A stretch of 48,909 bases of DNA from Chiloscyllium plagiosum. Lineage: Eukaryota. The stretch is taken from positions 4,824,471 through 4,873,379 of the forward strand of contig NC_057754.1 of assembly GCF_004010195.1 (NCBI RefSeq). The letters run 5' to 3'. Within the stretch, counting starts at the first letter, position 1. Every line of letters begins with the position of its first letter. The position numbers and the translations under genes are program-made. The notes beneath the pieces were generated by a model, which was not told the DNA's origin, searched no databases, and was given only the letters and a program-made list of their open reading frames with translations. This document shows, in pieces, positions 21,639 through 34,762 of the stretch.

Positions 21639-22635
21639 GTCATAGAGTCATGGAGTCATACTGCATGGAAACAGACCCTTTGGTCCAACCGGTTCATGCC
21701 AAACATAATCCCAAACTAAACTAGTTCCACCTGCCTGCTCCTGGCACAAATCACTCCAAACCTTTCCTATTCATGTACTTATCCAAATGTTTTTAAATGG
21801 TGTGAGTGTACCTACATCCACCACTCTCTCGGGAAGTTCATTCCACACGCGAACCACCCTCTGTGTAAAAACATCGCCCCTTGTCTTTTTAATGGGTGGC
21901 ACGGTGGCACAGTGGATAGCACTGTTGCCTCACAGTGCCAGAGACCCGGGTTCAGTTCCCGCCTCAGGCGACTGACTGTGTGGAGTTTGCACATTCTCCC
22001 CGTGTCTGCGTGGGTTTCCTCCGGTTTCCTCCCACAATCCAAAAATGTGCAGGTTAGGTGGATTGGCTATGCTAAATTGCCCTTGGTGTTAGGTGAAGGG
22101 GTAAAATGTCGGGGAATGGGTTTGGGTGGGTGGCGCTTCGGCGGGTCAGCGTGGACTTGTTGGGCCGAAGGACCTGTTTCCACACTGTAAGTAATCTAAT
22201 CTAAATCTCTCTCCTTAAAAATACGCAACCTCGTCTTGAAATCTCCTGTCCTAGGGAAAAGACAACTACCACTAAATCTATCCAGGCCCATCATAATTTT
22301 ATAAACTTCTGTAAGATCTCCACTCAACCTCCTATGCTGCAGTGAAAAACGTCCCAGCTTATCCAGCGTTTTGTTATAATTCAAATCTTCCATACCCAGC
22401 AACAATCTTGGTAAACTCTTCTAAACTCTCTCCAGCTTAATTAAATCCTTCCAGCTTAATTAAATCCTTCATCCTGGGTGACCAGAACTGAACATGGTAT
22501 TCCAGAAGAGGCCTCACCAATTTCCTGAACAATCTCAACATGACTTCTCAATTGTTTTACTCAAAGGATTGAGCAATGAAGGCAAGCATGCCCGATGCCT
22601 TTTTAATGATCCTGTCTATATGTGGCACAAGCTTC
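21639..22635 (-). mobile_element. CR1 LINE 3' fragment interrupted by a SINE
   Basis: catagagtcatggagtcata tail. ORF 22196..22405 reads LGRFSLQHRRLSGDLTEVYKIM. Confidence 0.88.
21893..22205 (+). mobile_element. Relatively young HE1-type V-SINE nested in CR1
   Basis: gggtggcacggtggcacagtgg (A box), gggttcagttcc (B box), intact V-domain, CpGs retained, (taatc)n tail. Confidence 0.92.
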
Positions 22636-22921
22636 AGCCAGGTTTCCTTCTTGTTGTCAGTGCCTGTTGGCTTACCCCTGGAAGTTATAAATGTTGACAT
22701 TACACATGGTAGTGTCTTAATGGGCAAGGTGACAGGTAGCTGCTAATATCCCTGAAAGTGTACAATGGCATCACCAACAGTAAAAGGTAAATTACAAGAG
22801 ATAACACCAAAAGGTTTAGTGTTTGCCACTTTTTGCATTATGCTAGACCAGGGCAAATATTTGCCCTTGCCTCAGTGCTCAATACTTTCTACTTTTTCTT
22901 TCCCATTTTAAAATAACTCAG

Positions 22922-24905
22922 TAGAGTCATAGAGTCAGAGATGTACAGCATGGAAACAGACCCGTCGGTCCAACTCGTCCATGCCGAGCAGATATCCCAA
23001 CCCAATCTAGTCCCACCTGCCAGCACACGGCCTCTATCCCTCCAAGCCATTCCTATTCATATACCCATCCAAATGCCTCTTAAATGTTGCAATTGTACCA
23101 GGCTCCACCACATCCTCTGGCAGCTCATTCCATATACGTACCACCCTCTGCGAGAAAAAGTTGCCCCTTAGGTCTCTTTTATATCTTTCCCCTCTCACCC
23201 TAAACCTATGCCTTCTAGTTCTGGACTCCCTGACCCCAGGGAAAAGACTTTGTCTATTTATCCTATCTAAGCCCCTCTATAAGGTCACCCTTCAGCCTCC
23301 GGCGCTCAAGGGAAAACATCCCCAGCAATATTCCAACAGTGGCCTAACCAATGTCCTGTACAGCTGCAACATGACCTGCCAACTCCTGTACTCAATACTC
23401 TGACCAATAAAGGAAAGCATACGAAACGCCTTCTTCACTATCCTGTCTACCTGCGACTCCACTTTCAAGGAGCTATGAACCTGCACTCCAAGGTCTCTTT
23501 GTTCATCAACACTCCCTAGGACCTTACCATTAAGTGTATAAGTCCTGCTAAGATTTGCTTTCCCAAAATGCAGCATCTCACATTTATCTGAATTAAACTC
23601 CACCTGCCACTTCTCCGCCTATTGGCCCATCTTGTCCAGATCCTGTTGTAATCTGAGGTAACCCTCTTCATTGTCCACTAGACCTCCAGTTTTGGTGTCA
23701 TCTGCAAACTTACTAACTGTACCTTTTATGCTTGCATCCAAATCATTTATGTAAATGACAAAAAGTAGAGGGCCCAACACCGATCCTTGTGGCACTTCAC
23801 TGGTCACAGGCCTCCAGTCTGAAAAACAACCCTCCACCACCACCCTCTGTCTTCTACCTTTGAGCCAGTTCTGTATCCAAATGGCTAGTTCTCCCTGTAT
23901 TCCATGAGATCTANNNNNNNNNNNNNNNNNNNNNNNNNNNNNNNNNNNNNNNNNNNNNNNNNNNNNNNNNNNNNNNNNNNNNNNNNNNNNNNNNNNNNNN
24001 NNNNNNNNNNNNNNNNNNNNNNNNNNNNNNNNNNNNNNNNNNNNNNNNNNNNNNNNNNNNNNNNNNNNNNNNNNNNNNNNNNNNNNNNNNNNNNNNNNNN
24101 NNNNNNNNNNNNNNNNNNNNNNNNNNNNNNNNNNNNNNNNNNNNNNNNNNNNNNNNNNNNNNNNNNNNNNNNNNNNNNNNNNNNNNNNNNNNNNNNNNNN
24201 NNNNNNNNNNNNNNNNNNNNNNNNNNNNNNNNNNNNNNNNNNNNNNNNNNNNNNNNNNNNNNNNNNNNNNNNNNNNNNNNNNNNNNNNNNNNNNNNNNNN
24301 NNNNNNNNNNNNNNNNNNNNNNNNNNNNNNNNNNNNNNNNNNNNNNNNNNNNNNNNNNNNNNNNNNNNNNNNNNNNNNNNNNNNNNNNNNNNNNNNNNNN
24401 NNNNNNNNNNNNNNNNNNNNNNNNNNNNNNNNNNNNNNNNNNNNNNNNNNNNNNNNNNNNNNNNNNNNNNNNNNNNNNNNNNNNNNNNNNNNNNNNNNNN
24501 NNNNNNNNNNNNNNNNNNNNNNNNNNNNNNNNNNNNNNNNNNNNNNNNNNNNNNNNNNNNNNGCCAACCTCCAGTCTTCCGGCACCTCACCTGTGACTAT
24601 CGATGATACAAATATCTCAGCAAGAGGCCCAGCAATCACTTCTCTAGCTTCCCACAGAGGTCTCGGGTACACCTGATCAGGTTCTGGGGATTTATCCACT
24701 TTTAACCGTTTCAAGACATCCAGCACTTCCTCCTCTGTAATCTGGACATTTTGCAAGATGTCACCATCTATTTCCCTACAGTCTATATCTTCCATATCCT
24801 TTTCCACAATAAATACTGTTGCAAAATATTCATTTAGTATCTCCCCCATTTTCTGTGGCTCCACACAAAGGCCGCCTTGCTGATCTTTGAGGGGCCCTAT
24901 TCTCT
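22922..24905 (-). mobile_element. CR1/HER1 LINE ORF2 fragment spanning an assembly gap
   Basis: ILNEYFATVF, KSPEPDQVYPR, VPQGSVLGPLLFVIYINDL, SKFADDTK and LYRTLVRPLLEY. Tail at the left end. Confidence 0.95.
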
Positions 24906-24962
24906 CAGTAGGACTGTTTAAAAAGTTTCTTGTATTTGTTTGGTACTGTTGCTATTCCCACT

Positions 24963-25582
24963 TAGAGTTATAGAATTATACAGCATGGAAACAGACCCTT
25001 TGGTCCAACTAGTCTGTGCTGGCCAGATATCCTAAATTAATCTCTTCCCATTTGCCAGCATTTGGCCCATTTCCATCTAAGCCTTTAATATTCATGCACC
25101 CATCCAGATACTTCTTAAATGTTGTAATTGTATCTATCTCTGCGATCTCTGCTAGTAGCTTGTTCTATATGCGGGTGAAAATGCTTCCCCTCAGGTCCCT
25201 TTTAAATGTAAGGAAATAGACCTTGTCTATTCACCCTATCCATGCCCCTCATGATTTTATAAACCTCAGGCCATCCCTCAGCCTCCATTGCTCCAGGGGA
25301 GAAAGACCCAGCCTATTTAACCCCTCGCTATAACTCAAACCCTTCAGTCCCAGCAACATTCTTGTTCATCTTTTCTGCATGCTCTCAAATGTAAGAACAT
25401 CAGAATTGTATGCAGTATTCTAAATGTGGGCTCACTAATGTCCTCAACACGACATCCCAGCTCCTGTGCTCTTGATCAGTGAAGGCACATGTGTCAAATG
25501 CCTTCTTCACCACCTTGTCTACCTGCGACTCACTTTCAAGGAACTATGCACATGCACCCATAGGTTTCTTTGTTCTGCAACA
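24963..25582 (-). mobile_element. CR1 LINE 3' fragment
   Basis: tagagttatagaattatacagcatggaaacagaccctttggtccaac tail and reverse-complement ORF2 end. Confidence 0.85.
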
Positions 25583-26584
25583 ACTTGCTGCAATTTGGTC
25601 AAATCCAGTTAACTGCAAACCATAATCTTCTTATCTCAGATTTTATTTATTCTGCCTACATCATCCCAAAGTAAAGAAAGATGTTTAATTTTCCAGTAAC
25701 TGATTCACTCATTACTTTAGCAAGTCCAAACAGCAGTGGCAAAGGCCACTCGTCCCTGATATCAATCTTGACACAACCTCTGAATTATAATCATACTATT
25801 TTCACAGTTGTGACTGTTATTGGGGTCATTAAATCAATAGATGAGAAATGAAGAGAACTGCTGACGGCATTACTTTGCCTATTCAGACAGTGTAAGAGTA
25901 AAAAAGGTTTTGCCTCTGGGTAACAATGATGGAAAGAACAGTTTCTGTTGCAAAAATAGCAGGACTGCAGGAGCACCCAAGCTTAGTAGAAAAACCTTGT
26001 GACTCTATCCTCACTGAATTGGTCAAGAATATCATACCTTGCATCCTCTGTATAATATCAAAGTGTGTAGAATCAGTTTGAGACAACAAGTCATGATAAT
26101 TTATATAATTAGTTTTGAAAGAGAGTTTCTGCTGTGATGTTCACATAGCCCAGGCCTCATTCTCCTTTGAGTACTCAGTTGGTAGAACTCTCGCCTCTGC
26201 ATGAGAGCGTGTTGTATCTATCACTATGAATTGAGTAAATAATCTAAGTTAATATGGTACCAAGGAGGTTAATTCATTCTTTTACAATTTTGAATATGTC
26301 CTGTTTTCATGTGATTTTCAAACCTGCTGTGGGAAGACTGTTGGCATTTTAGATGAGTAAAATCAATTGCACTTCTTCTTTATTTCAACTAATCCTGTTG
26401 TCTTTATCAGCTGTTACATCCAGTTTTTTTTCTTTGTCATCCAAAAAGAAGCACACCTTCGGCATGGCATCATTGATCCCAGACCTGTTGATTTTTTAAA
26501 TTACTGCATTTTTTGTGCACTTTATAGAAGTCACGGATCGGGAAAAACTCATCAAACAATGATACTTGGGCAGATAAGTGGTGT

Positions 26585-27390
26585 AGGAGAAAGTGAGGAC
26601 TGCAGATGCTGGAGATCAGAGTCGAGAGTGTGGTGCTGGAAAAACAAAGCAGATCAGGGAGCATCCAAGGAGCAGGAGAATCAATGTTTCCAGCAAAAGC
26701 CCTTTATTAGGAAAGAGGCTTGTGAGTCAAGGAGGTGGAGCGATAAGTGGGAGTGGATGGGGCTGGGGGAAGGTAACTGAGAGTACGATAGGTAGATAAA
26801 GATGGGGGTATTGGTGATATCTTTGAGGAGAAAGTGAGGTCTGCAGATGCTGGAGATCAGAGCTGAAAATGTGTTGCTGGAAATGCGCAGCAGGTCAGGC
26901 AGCGTCCAGGGAACAGGAGAATCGACGTTTCGGGCATAAGTCCTTCAGGAATGGAGAAGAAGGGCTTATGCCCGAAACGTCGATTCTCCTGTTCCCTGGA
27001 TGCTGCCTGACCTGCTGCGCTTTTCCAGCAACACATTTTCAGTATTGGTGATATGTCAGAGAGGAGGGTGGAGCGGATAGGTGGGAAGGAAGATGGACAA
27101 GTAGGGCAGGTCTTGAGGGCAGTGCCGAGTTGGAAGGTTGGATCTGGGATAAGGTGGGGTGGAGGGGAAATATGGAAACTGGTAAAATCCACATTGATCC
27201 CATGTGGTTGGAGAGTCCTAAGGCAGAAGATGAGGCGTTCTTCCTCCAGGCATCAGATGGTTAGGGTTTGGTGATGGACCAGCATGTCCTTGGTGGAGTG
27301 GGAGGGGGAGTTGAAGTGTATGGCCGAGAGTGGGGCGGGTGGGTTGGTTGGTGAGGGTGTGTCGGTGATGTTCTCTGAAATGTTCTGAAT
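26585..27390 (-). mobile_element. Penelope-like element 3' fragment (family of 31690-33190) hosting a younger inverted insertion
   Basis: aggagaaagtgaggactgcagatgctggagatcagagtcgagagtgtggtgctggaaaa is the reverse complement of 33130-33189. Purine-rich body and a GIY-YIG C-terminal remnant. Confidence 0.8.
26821..27042. mobile_element. Inverted (hairpin) PLE pseudo-LTR insertion with 12-13-bp TSD
   Basis: 84-bp arms at 26863-26946 and 26959-27042 (3 mismatches by eye) with a 12-nt spacer. tattggtgatat is duplicated at 26809-26820 and 27043-27054. Confidence 0.9.
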
Positions 27391-28410
27391 AGTGTGAGTT
27401 AGTCTTTGTCTTAATACAGATGTGACAATATATGGTATGTTCTTCTGAAATTACCATGTGTTTTCTGCTGTGTTAAACCTCTGATAAGATGGTTCTTTTG
27501 TATTGTCTGACTCTTTCCTTAGTTCAAATGCCCAGTGCTCTCTGTTAAATTTCTAATGTGCTGCTGCCCATTTTGTTCCATGGATACAATAAAGAACATG
27601 TGTTGCTCCATTTCACAAAGTAAATAAATGCTCATGAGACTTGCATTTAAAGAGGGAATTTCCTGAGCAAGCAGTTCGAGAGGGGCACTGATTTCTGATG
27701 GATACCTTACTCTCTCTTACGTGCATTAGTTGATTTGTGCATTAGACCATTTCTGGACTTCACCTGAAGCATAAGTTTCTCTTCATTATTTTTTACCCTG
27801 TATTCAGGGATGCATAATGTACTTTGTGCTTATGTGCCTTTACATATTTTGACGAAACACGGCCATAGTTGGAGCTGTGAACTAAATTTCACCATGTGTT
27901 GTTGCTTGACAAGGTCCTGCTCTAATCTTGTGATTATATCAGAACAGTGCTGCTTGGTGGAATTTTACTGTTCACTTGTCCTTTAACGTACATTGATATG
28001 TCATGTACAGTAGAACTGTTGTCATTTATAACTTTTAATTTTTTTAAAAAATCCCAATTTGTAACTTAGTAAAATGACTTGGTTAAACAATGAACTCAAA
28101 CTGGTGATGTTGATTCCTTTTCCACTAATTATGTATTATTGAAATCTTGCCAATGGCTATGGGTATAATTTACGGACAAAGAGAATCAGTCACCTTGGTT
28201 AAATTTTTACATTTTCTGGTCCTGAACCAATTGTTGTATCTCTGTTACTGTCACAGTTGAGAGTGGCTAATTGTGCTTTGACAGTAGCTTTAGGAGAGGT
28301 CTTGTACCATCAGCTTCCCAGTAATGGGTCTTGCACTCTTTGCCATAAATACAATGAGGTCTTCTCTGTGACTTAACGCAGCAAACTATGAATTTTACAT
28401 TGGCTTTGTG

Positions 28411-28481
28411 ATCAGTTGTATGAAATCCATAGTATTGAAAAATGATAGCACATCAGTTGTATGAAATCCATGGTATTGAAA
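28411..28481. repeat. 30-bp direct repeat with 11-bp spacer
   Basis: atcagttgtatgaaatccat(a/g)gtattgaaa at 28411-28440 and 28452-28481. Confidence 0.9.
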
Positions 28482-29344
28482 GTTAATGTAAAGGAAGCCC
28501 CTGCTGCAAAACCATGTTGAACCAGTTCACGCGACACTTTGTGTTAAAACCAGACTGAGTGGGGTCTTTTAACCATTTGGGTATGTTGAAAGATTTTTCT
28601 AATTCATTTGATTAAAGTTGAAATTCTATTCTTAAACTTATAATTTCAGCTATACTCATCCAGTAAGGTTTATTTTGTTTCATCACATTGGTTAGAGTTT
28701 GACTGAAATCTTGACTTCCTTTTTCTCCCCTTGTTCAATCCCTATTCATTTACATTCATGAATATGCAGATTTATTGAGCTACTTTAATGAAGTACAGTT
28801 TATCGGCTTTAATCAAGGTCTTCTCATTATGAATTAGCCATCTTACTCCATCTCCATCCTTTTCAAAGTCATCTCTGGCCTCCCTACCCTTTCTTGGAAC
28901 AGTGGTGGAGCAAACGTGTCCTACTCCCAAATCTTCCTCTTGCTGAATTTACTTTGAACAGTTTTCTCTGGATAATAGTGTTCTTGTAGGAGCCGGGATA
29001 GGCCGTACAGTGACTACTTTAGCGGTCACATTGTTCTGGTATCATGCAGGTTCTTTCCTAACCTTCTTTTCCTTTATATTAATGACCCTGACAATCCTTT
29101 TTCGTGGTGCTGCCTTGATCTTTAGAATGCTTCCATATTGCTTCTCATTTGCATCCCTCTCTAGCCTTTTATTGTTAACTTGAATCTCTTCCCATTTCTT
29201 CTTGAACATTTCTCTCTTTACATATGGTTTGTATCCAATACTGTACTCCCTCCCACCCCATTTCATCTAAACAATCAGCACAACCATATCATAAGAATTC
29301 AGGTGTAGCAGCAATGAAGAAGACAAAAGATGCGTTCACCTTTG

Positions 29345-29611
29345 GGGAGGTGATGGTCCGGTGATATTATCGCTGAACTATTAATCCAGAAACTCAGCTA
29401 ATGTTCTGGGGAGGTGGGTTTGAATCCCACCATGCCAGATGGTGGAATTTGAATTCAATTAAAAAAACATCTGGAGTTAAGAATCTACTGATGACCATGA
29501 AACCACTGTCAATGGTTGGAAAAACCATCTGCTTCATTAATGCCTTTCAGGGAAGGAAATCTGATATCCCTTCCTAGTTTGGTCATGTGACTCCCGACCC
29601 ACAGTAATGTG
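29345..29611 (+). mobile_element. tRNA-derived SINE, second (non-HE1) family
   Basis: ggtgatggtccggtgatatt (A-box-like) and gggtttgaatccc (B box). Body ggtggaatttgaattcaat...cagggaaggaaatctg...tgactcccgacccacagtaatgtg recalled as a common shark SINE. Confidence 0.65.
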
Positions 29612-29698
29612 TCGAGAGTGTGGTGCTGGAAAAGCACAGCAGGTCAGGCAGCATTCGAGGAGCAGGAGAGTCAATGTTTCGGGCAAAAGCCCTTCATG
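29612..29698 (-). mobile_element. Short PLE pseudo-LTR fragment
   Basis: gtcgagagtgtggtgctggaaaagcacagcaggtcaggcagcattcgaggagcaggagagtcaatgtttcgggcaaaagcccttcat. Confidence 0.8.
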
Positions 29699-29739
29699 AG
29701 CAATGCCTGTGTTACATGAGTGAATGAGTAAAAGATAAA

Positions 29740-30355
29740 TCTTCATAGCGAGAGCATTTGAGCACAGGAGTAGGGATGTCTAGCTGCAATTAAGCAGGGC
29801 CATAGTGAGACCACATTTGGAGTATATTGTGTAGCCTTGGTCATTTTATCTGAAGAAAGATGTTGCACTCTATCCATAGTGAGAACAAGGTTGACCAGAC
29901 TGATTCTTGGGATGGCAAGACTGACGTATGATTGACTGGACTGATTAGTACTGTATTCACTGGAGTTTTGAAGAATGAAGGGATTATCTCAGAAGCCTAT
30001 AAAGATTTTAGAAGACGAGACAGGGTAAGTGCAGGAAGGGTGACCCGGGAATCCAGACTCCAGGGTTACAATCTGAGGACAGGAGGTAGGCCATTTTGGA
30101 TTAAGATGTGGAGAAGTTTTTTCACTGAGTGGTGCAGCTCTGGAATTCTCTGCCACAGAAAGTGGTTGAAGCCAAGACAATGAATTTTCTCAAGGAGTTA
30201 GATTTAGTTTTTAGGATTAAAGGGATCAAAGGTTACGGGAAGAAAGCAGGAACAGGTTATTGATTTGGATGATCAGCTATGATCATACTGAAGAGCAGAA
30301 CAGGTTTGAAAGGCCAAATGGCACATTCCTGCTCGTATTTTCTGTTTCCATATTT
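29740..30355 (+). mobile_element. CR1 LINE 3' fragment (older subfamily)
   Basis: gtgagaccacatttggagtatattgtgtag (VRPHLEY), ttcactgag..tggaattctctgcc, and tail gaaaggccaaatggcacattcctgctcgtattttctgtttc. Confidence 0.8.
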
Positions 30356-30604
30356 CAATACCTTTCTCCCTCATGGGCTTCTCCTTAAAGTGTCTGTACT
30401 ATTTGCTTCAACTAGTACTTGCGACAACAGGTTTCACATTCTAATTACTTTTCTGAGTTCCCTGTTGGATTTATTAGTGCCTATCTTGAATTTATGGCTC
30501 CCTATTGTGGTGAAATCTAGAAGTTGGAAACTTTTCTCTGCCCTATGAAATGTTGTCATTATTTTAAAAACATTATGAGTTCTTTCCTTTCTAGAGAAAG
30601 AACC

Positions 30605-31290
30605 TTTGGTGACAAGGGATGTGGGACATCTAGTCAAGACGAAGAAGGAACTATACTTAAGGTTGAGGAGACAAGGACCAGACAGAGCTTTAGTGGGTTA
30701 CAACATAGCCAGGAAGGAAGTGAAGAATGGACTTAGGAGAGCTAGAAGGGGGAATGAGAAAGCTTTAGCAGGTAGGATTTCGGAAAACCCTAAGGCGTTC
30801 TACACATATGTGAGGAACAAGAGCATAGCCAGAGTGAGGGTAGGGCTGATCAGGGATAGTGGAGGGAACTTGTGCCTGGAATCGGAGGAGGTGGGGGAGG
30901 TCCTTAATGAATACTTTGCTACAGTTTTCACTGCTGAGAGAGACCTTAACATTTCTGAGGACAGCGTGAATCAGACTTATATGTTAGAACAGGTTGATGG
31001 TAAGAAGGAGGATGTGCTGCAAATTTCGAAAACATAAGGATAGATAAATCCCCTGGGTCAGACGAGATATACCCTCAGTTACTACGGGAAGTAAGGGAAG
31101 AGATTGCTTTGCCTTTGGAAATGATCTTTGTGTCCTCATTGTCCACTGGAGTATTGCCAGATGATCGAAGGATGGTAAATGTTATTCCCTTGTTCAAGAA
31201 AGGGAATAGAGATAATCCTGGGAATTACAGACCAGTCAGTCTTATGTCAGTGGTGTGCAAAGTATTGGAGAGGATTTTGAGAGACAGTAT
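30605..31290 (+). mobile_element. CR1 ORF2 internal fragment (tether and RT N-terminus)
   Basis: ORFs read ENPKAFYTYVRNK..VLNEYFATVFT and NVIPLFKKGNRDNPGNYRPVSLMSVVCKVLERIL. Confidence 0.92.
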
Positions 31291-31689
31291 ACAGATTTAT
31301 GTTTATAAGCCTTCCATACAATGAGTTACTTAAAAGTTCAAAGCCTTTTGTTATTTAGCCATGATTAGGTTTTTTTGCATAGTTAAAACCCTCAAGTGTC
31401 ACTAAGAATTAATGCTGAGATTAATTTGATGAAGAGGAAACTTTCCACAAATAATGCTATGGGATCATGACACAATTAATATCACAAGTACTACCAAGCA
31501 ATCGCCATCTCCAAACAAAAGAGGATCTGAACTTTGCCTGTTGCATTGTGTTATCACTGTATTCCCCCATTATCAATATCTTGGGTGTTATCATTACTGT
31601 GGCAGCAAGCAATTGACCTCCTGACTCCTCAGTGACGGTCAACGGGAACAAATGAGGTGTGTGTGTGTAATTGAATATTTTCCAATTGC

Positions 31690-33190
31690 TACAAACCAAC
31701 CGACTCCCACAGCTACCTAGATTACACTTCCTCCCACCCTGCCCCCTGTAAAAACGCCATCCCATATTCCCAATTCCTCCGCCTCCACCGCATCTGCTCC
31801 CAGGAGGACCAATTCCACTACTGAACAGCCCAAATGACCTCCTTCTTCAAAGACCGACGTGGTCGACGATGCTCTCCACCGCATCTCTTCCACTTCCCGC
31901 ACCTCTGCCCTTGAACCCCGCCCCTCCAATCGCCACCAGGACAGAACCCCACTGGCCCTCACCTTCCACCCCACCAACCTCTGGATACATCGTATCATCC
32001 TCCGTCATTTCCACCACCTCCAAACAGACCCCACCACCAGGGATATATTTCCCTCCCCACTCCTATCAGCGTTCCGGAGAGACCACTCCCTCCGCGATTC
32101 CCTCTTCAGGTCCACACACCCCCACCAACCCAGCCTCCACTCCCGGCACCTTCCCCTGCCACCGCAAGGAGGGCAANNNNNNNNNNNNNNNNNNNNNNNN
32201 NNNNNNNNNNNNNNNNNNNNNNNNNNNNNNNNNNNNNNNNNNNNNNNNNNNNNNNNNNNNNNNNNNNNNNNNNNNNNNNNNNNNNNNNNNNNNNNNNNNN
32301 NNNNNNNNNNNNNNNNNNNNNNNNNNNNNNNNNNNNNNNNNNNNNNNNNNNNNNNNNNNNNNNNNNNNNNNNNNNNNNNNNNNNNNNNNNNNNNNNNNNN
32401 NNNNNNNNNNNNNNNNNNNNNNNNNNNNNNNNNNNNNNNNNNNNNNNNNNNNNNNNNNNNNNNNNNNNNNNNNNNNNNNNNNNNNNNNNNNNNNNNNNNN
32501 NNNNNNNNNNNNNNNNNNNNNNNNNNNNNNNNNNNNNNNNNNNNNNNNNNNNNNNNNNNNNNNNNNNNNNNNNNNNNNNNNNNNNNNNNNNNNNNNNNNN
32601 NNNNNNNNNNNNNNNNNNNNNNNNNNNNNNNNNNNNNNNNNNNNNNNNNNNNNNNNNNNNNNNNNNNNNNNNNNNNNNNNNNNNNNNNNNNNNNNNNNNN
32701 NNNNNNNNNNNNNNNNNNNNNNNNNNNNNNNNNNNNNNNNNNNNNNNNNNNNNNNNNNNNNNNNNNNNNNNNNNNNNNNNNNNNNNNNNNNNNNNNNNNN
32801 NNNNNNNNNNNNNNNNNNNNNNNNNNNNNNNNNNNNNNNNNNNNNNNNNNNNNNNNNNNNNNNNNNNNNNNNNNNNNNNNNNNNNNNNNNNNNNNNNNNN
32901 NNNNNNNNNNNNNNNNNNNNNNNNNNNNNNNNNNNNNNNNNNNNNNNNNNNNNNNNNNNNNNNNNNNNNNNNNNNNNNNNNNNNNNNNNNNNNNNNNNNN
33001 NNNNNNNNNNNNNNNNNNNNNNACCTTTTATCTCAGCCCGCTTGGCACACCAGCCTCATTCCTAAAGAAGGGCTTATGCCCGAAAAGTCGATTCTCCTGC
33101 TTCTCGGATGCTGCCTGGCCTGCTGCGCTTTTCCAACACCACACTTTTCAACTCTGGTCTCCAGCATCTGCAGTCCTCACTTTCTCCTGA
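31690..33190 (+). mobile_element. Penelope-like retroelement 3' part (RT thumb/linker, gap, pseudo-LTR)
   Basis: YKPTDSHSYLDYTSSHPAPCKNAIPYSQFLRLHRICSQ..DRTPLALTFHPTNL..HLQTDPTTRDIFPSPLLSAFRR..SLRDSL. The 3' end carries a mutated hammerhead (cuaaaga..gggc uuau gccc gaaaaguc, about 33060-33091). Confidence 0.9.
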
Positions 33191-33647
33191 GTGAAGCTTC
33201 ACCAACATTCCAGAAACTTGACACCATTCAGGGCAAAAAGGCTCACTTGTTTGGTACTCTATCATCACCCTCAACATTCACTTCCTTTAGCACTAACACA
33301 CTGTGGCAGGTGTGTGGACCATTCACAAGATACACTTAAGGCTGTTTAGACATGGGACCTCTTGCATGCAGAAAGGCAAGGATAACAGACACCAGGGAAT
33401 ACCATGACTTGCAAGTTTTCTTCCAAGCCTCACACCATCCTGACATAGAGCAGTATCATAGTTCCCTTGCTATCACTGGATCAAAATCCTGGAATCCTTT
33501 TCCTAACAACACTATGATTATGTCTCTACTCCAAGGCCTGCAGTGGTTCAAAAGTACAGCTAACCACCACCTTTTCCAGTGCACTTGGGGATGATCATTC
33601 AATGCTTGCTTAACCAAAGTAACCTACCTCCCATGTATGAATTAAAA
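33191..33647 (+). mobile_element. Old LINE 3' fragment (CR1/L2 group, family not resolved)
   Basis: aaacttgacaccattcagggcaaa..cactggatcaaaatcctggaatcc..ctgcagtggttcaaaag..cccatgtatgaattaaaa. Appears related to 42690-43290(-). Confidence 0.55.
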
Positions 33648-34762
33648 GAGAGGGATCTACTTGAACCTAAATTAATATCACAAGTGAACCCTTTAACAAT
33701 GAAGCAGGACCACTATAGTAAACCAGATGTCAGCTCTCTGTATATTTAAATTTGACAGTCTTCTGAGTGAGAGGGTGCTGGGGGTTGGTTGGGACCAAGT
33801 CAACATTGTGAACCTGAAAAAATCCATGAATAAGATCTGTAAGGGCAGAAGATCGTGTTTTCTGTTCCGCAATATCTACATATTCAATAGTATCCATGTT
33901 AGAACATCAACTTCATCTGCCTGTATTTTCTTTACATATATTAGAGTAAGAATAACTATGACAACTCATATGTAATACTTGGCTCTGCTTTTGTCACCTA
34001 ATAAAAATGCACAATATGACTCCTTTAGCATTGTTTCACAGGCTGAGTGAACACAGCCTGATCAAAGAATCAAAGAGTGTGGTGCTAGAAAGACACAGCC
34101 AGTCAGGCAGCATCTGAGGAACAGGAGAGTTGACAAAAGTGGAGGTTTTAAGGAGTTCTTTAAAGAAAGAGAGAGACATTTAAGGAGCGAATGCCAAAGT
34201 AGATTGCCCAGTTAGCTGAAGGCATGGCTGCCAATAGTGGAGTGATTAAAATCAAGAATACTTACGAGGTCAGAAATGGAGGAACTATGAGATCTTGGAG
34301 GATTGTAAGAAAGCAGGGGGAATCACAGCTCGAGATGGTTGAATTATGCATGGAATTGAAAACACGGGTGGTTATTTTAAAACTTACTATATTTTTGATA
34401 TGCTTGCATGTTTCTTCCCTTTGCTTGGAATCTCTTTGCTTTTTCAGTGATGTTGTCTGCTCTTGTGTTTTCTATGGTAAATTTTTATTTCAAACAGTTC
34501 TTCCATCCACATATTTCTCATCCTTCATCTTTTAAAAGTGACCTTATAAAAATCCAGTTACTTAATTACACGGTAGCAATTTTTTGTGGCTAGATATTTT
34601 GAGAATGTGTACAGATGATGGAAATATCTGCAGATTGTACAATAGCGAGGAAGTTGGGAAAATGCAGAGAGAATGAGAAAATCAGAATAGCCATTTCAAA
34701 ATCTTGCCATTGAGGAGCAACAATTTCCAGGCATTAAAATCTCATTAGTAACCCAACGCACC

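Noticed and set aside
21893..21965. tRNA gene
   Set aside because: The A and B boxes belong to a SINE head. There is no cloverleaf, and it is followed by the V-domain. The same applies at about 17010 and 29345.
22431..22470. 20-bp tandem repeat as a regulatory or CRISPR-like array
   Set aside because: Simple two-copy slippage duplication inside a CR1 fragment. No repeat-spacer array exists anywhere in the window.
23619..24864. Long ORFs of 230-323 aa
   Set aside because: Their length comes from reading through the N gap, and the real parts are CR1 ORF2 fragments.
26165..26275. Possible DeuSINE-like fragment
   Set aside because: Too degenerate to support by eye.
33058..33092. Active hammerhead ribozyme
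   Set aside because: Core is mutated (CUAAAGA, GAAAAGUC), so it is retained only as a relic.
31859..33190. ORFs of 443 and 398 aa
   Set aside because: Gap read-through. The flanks are Penelope-like element sequence.
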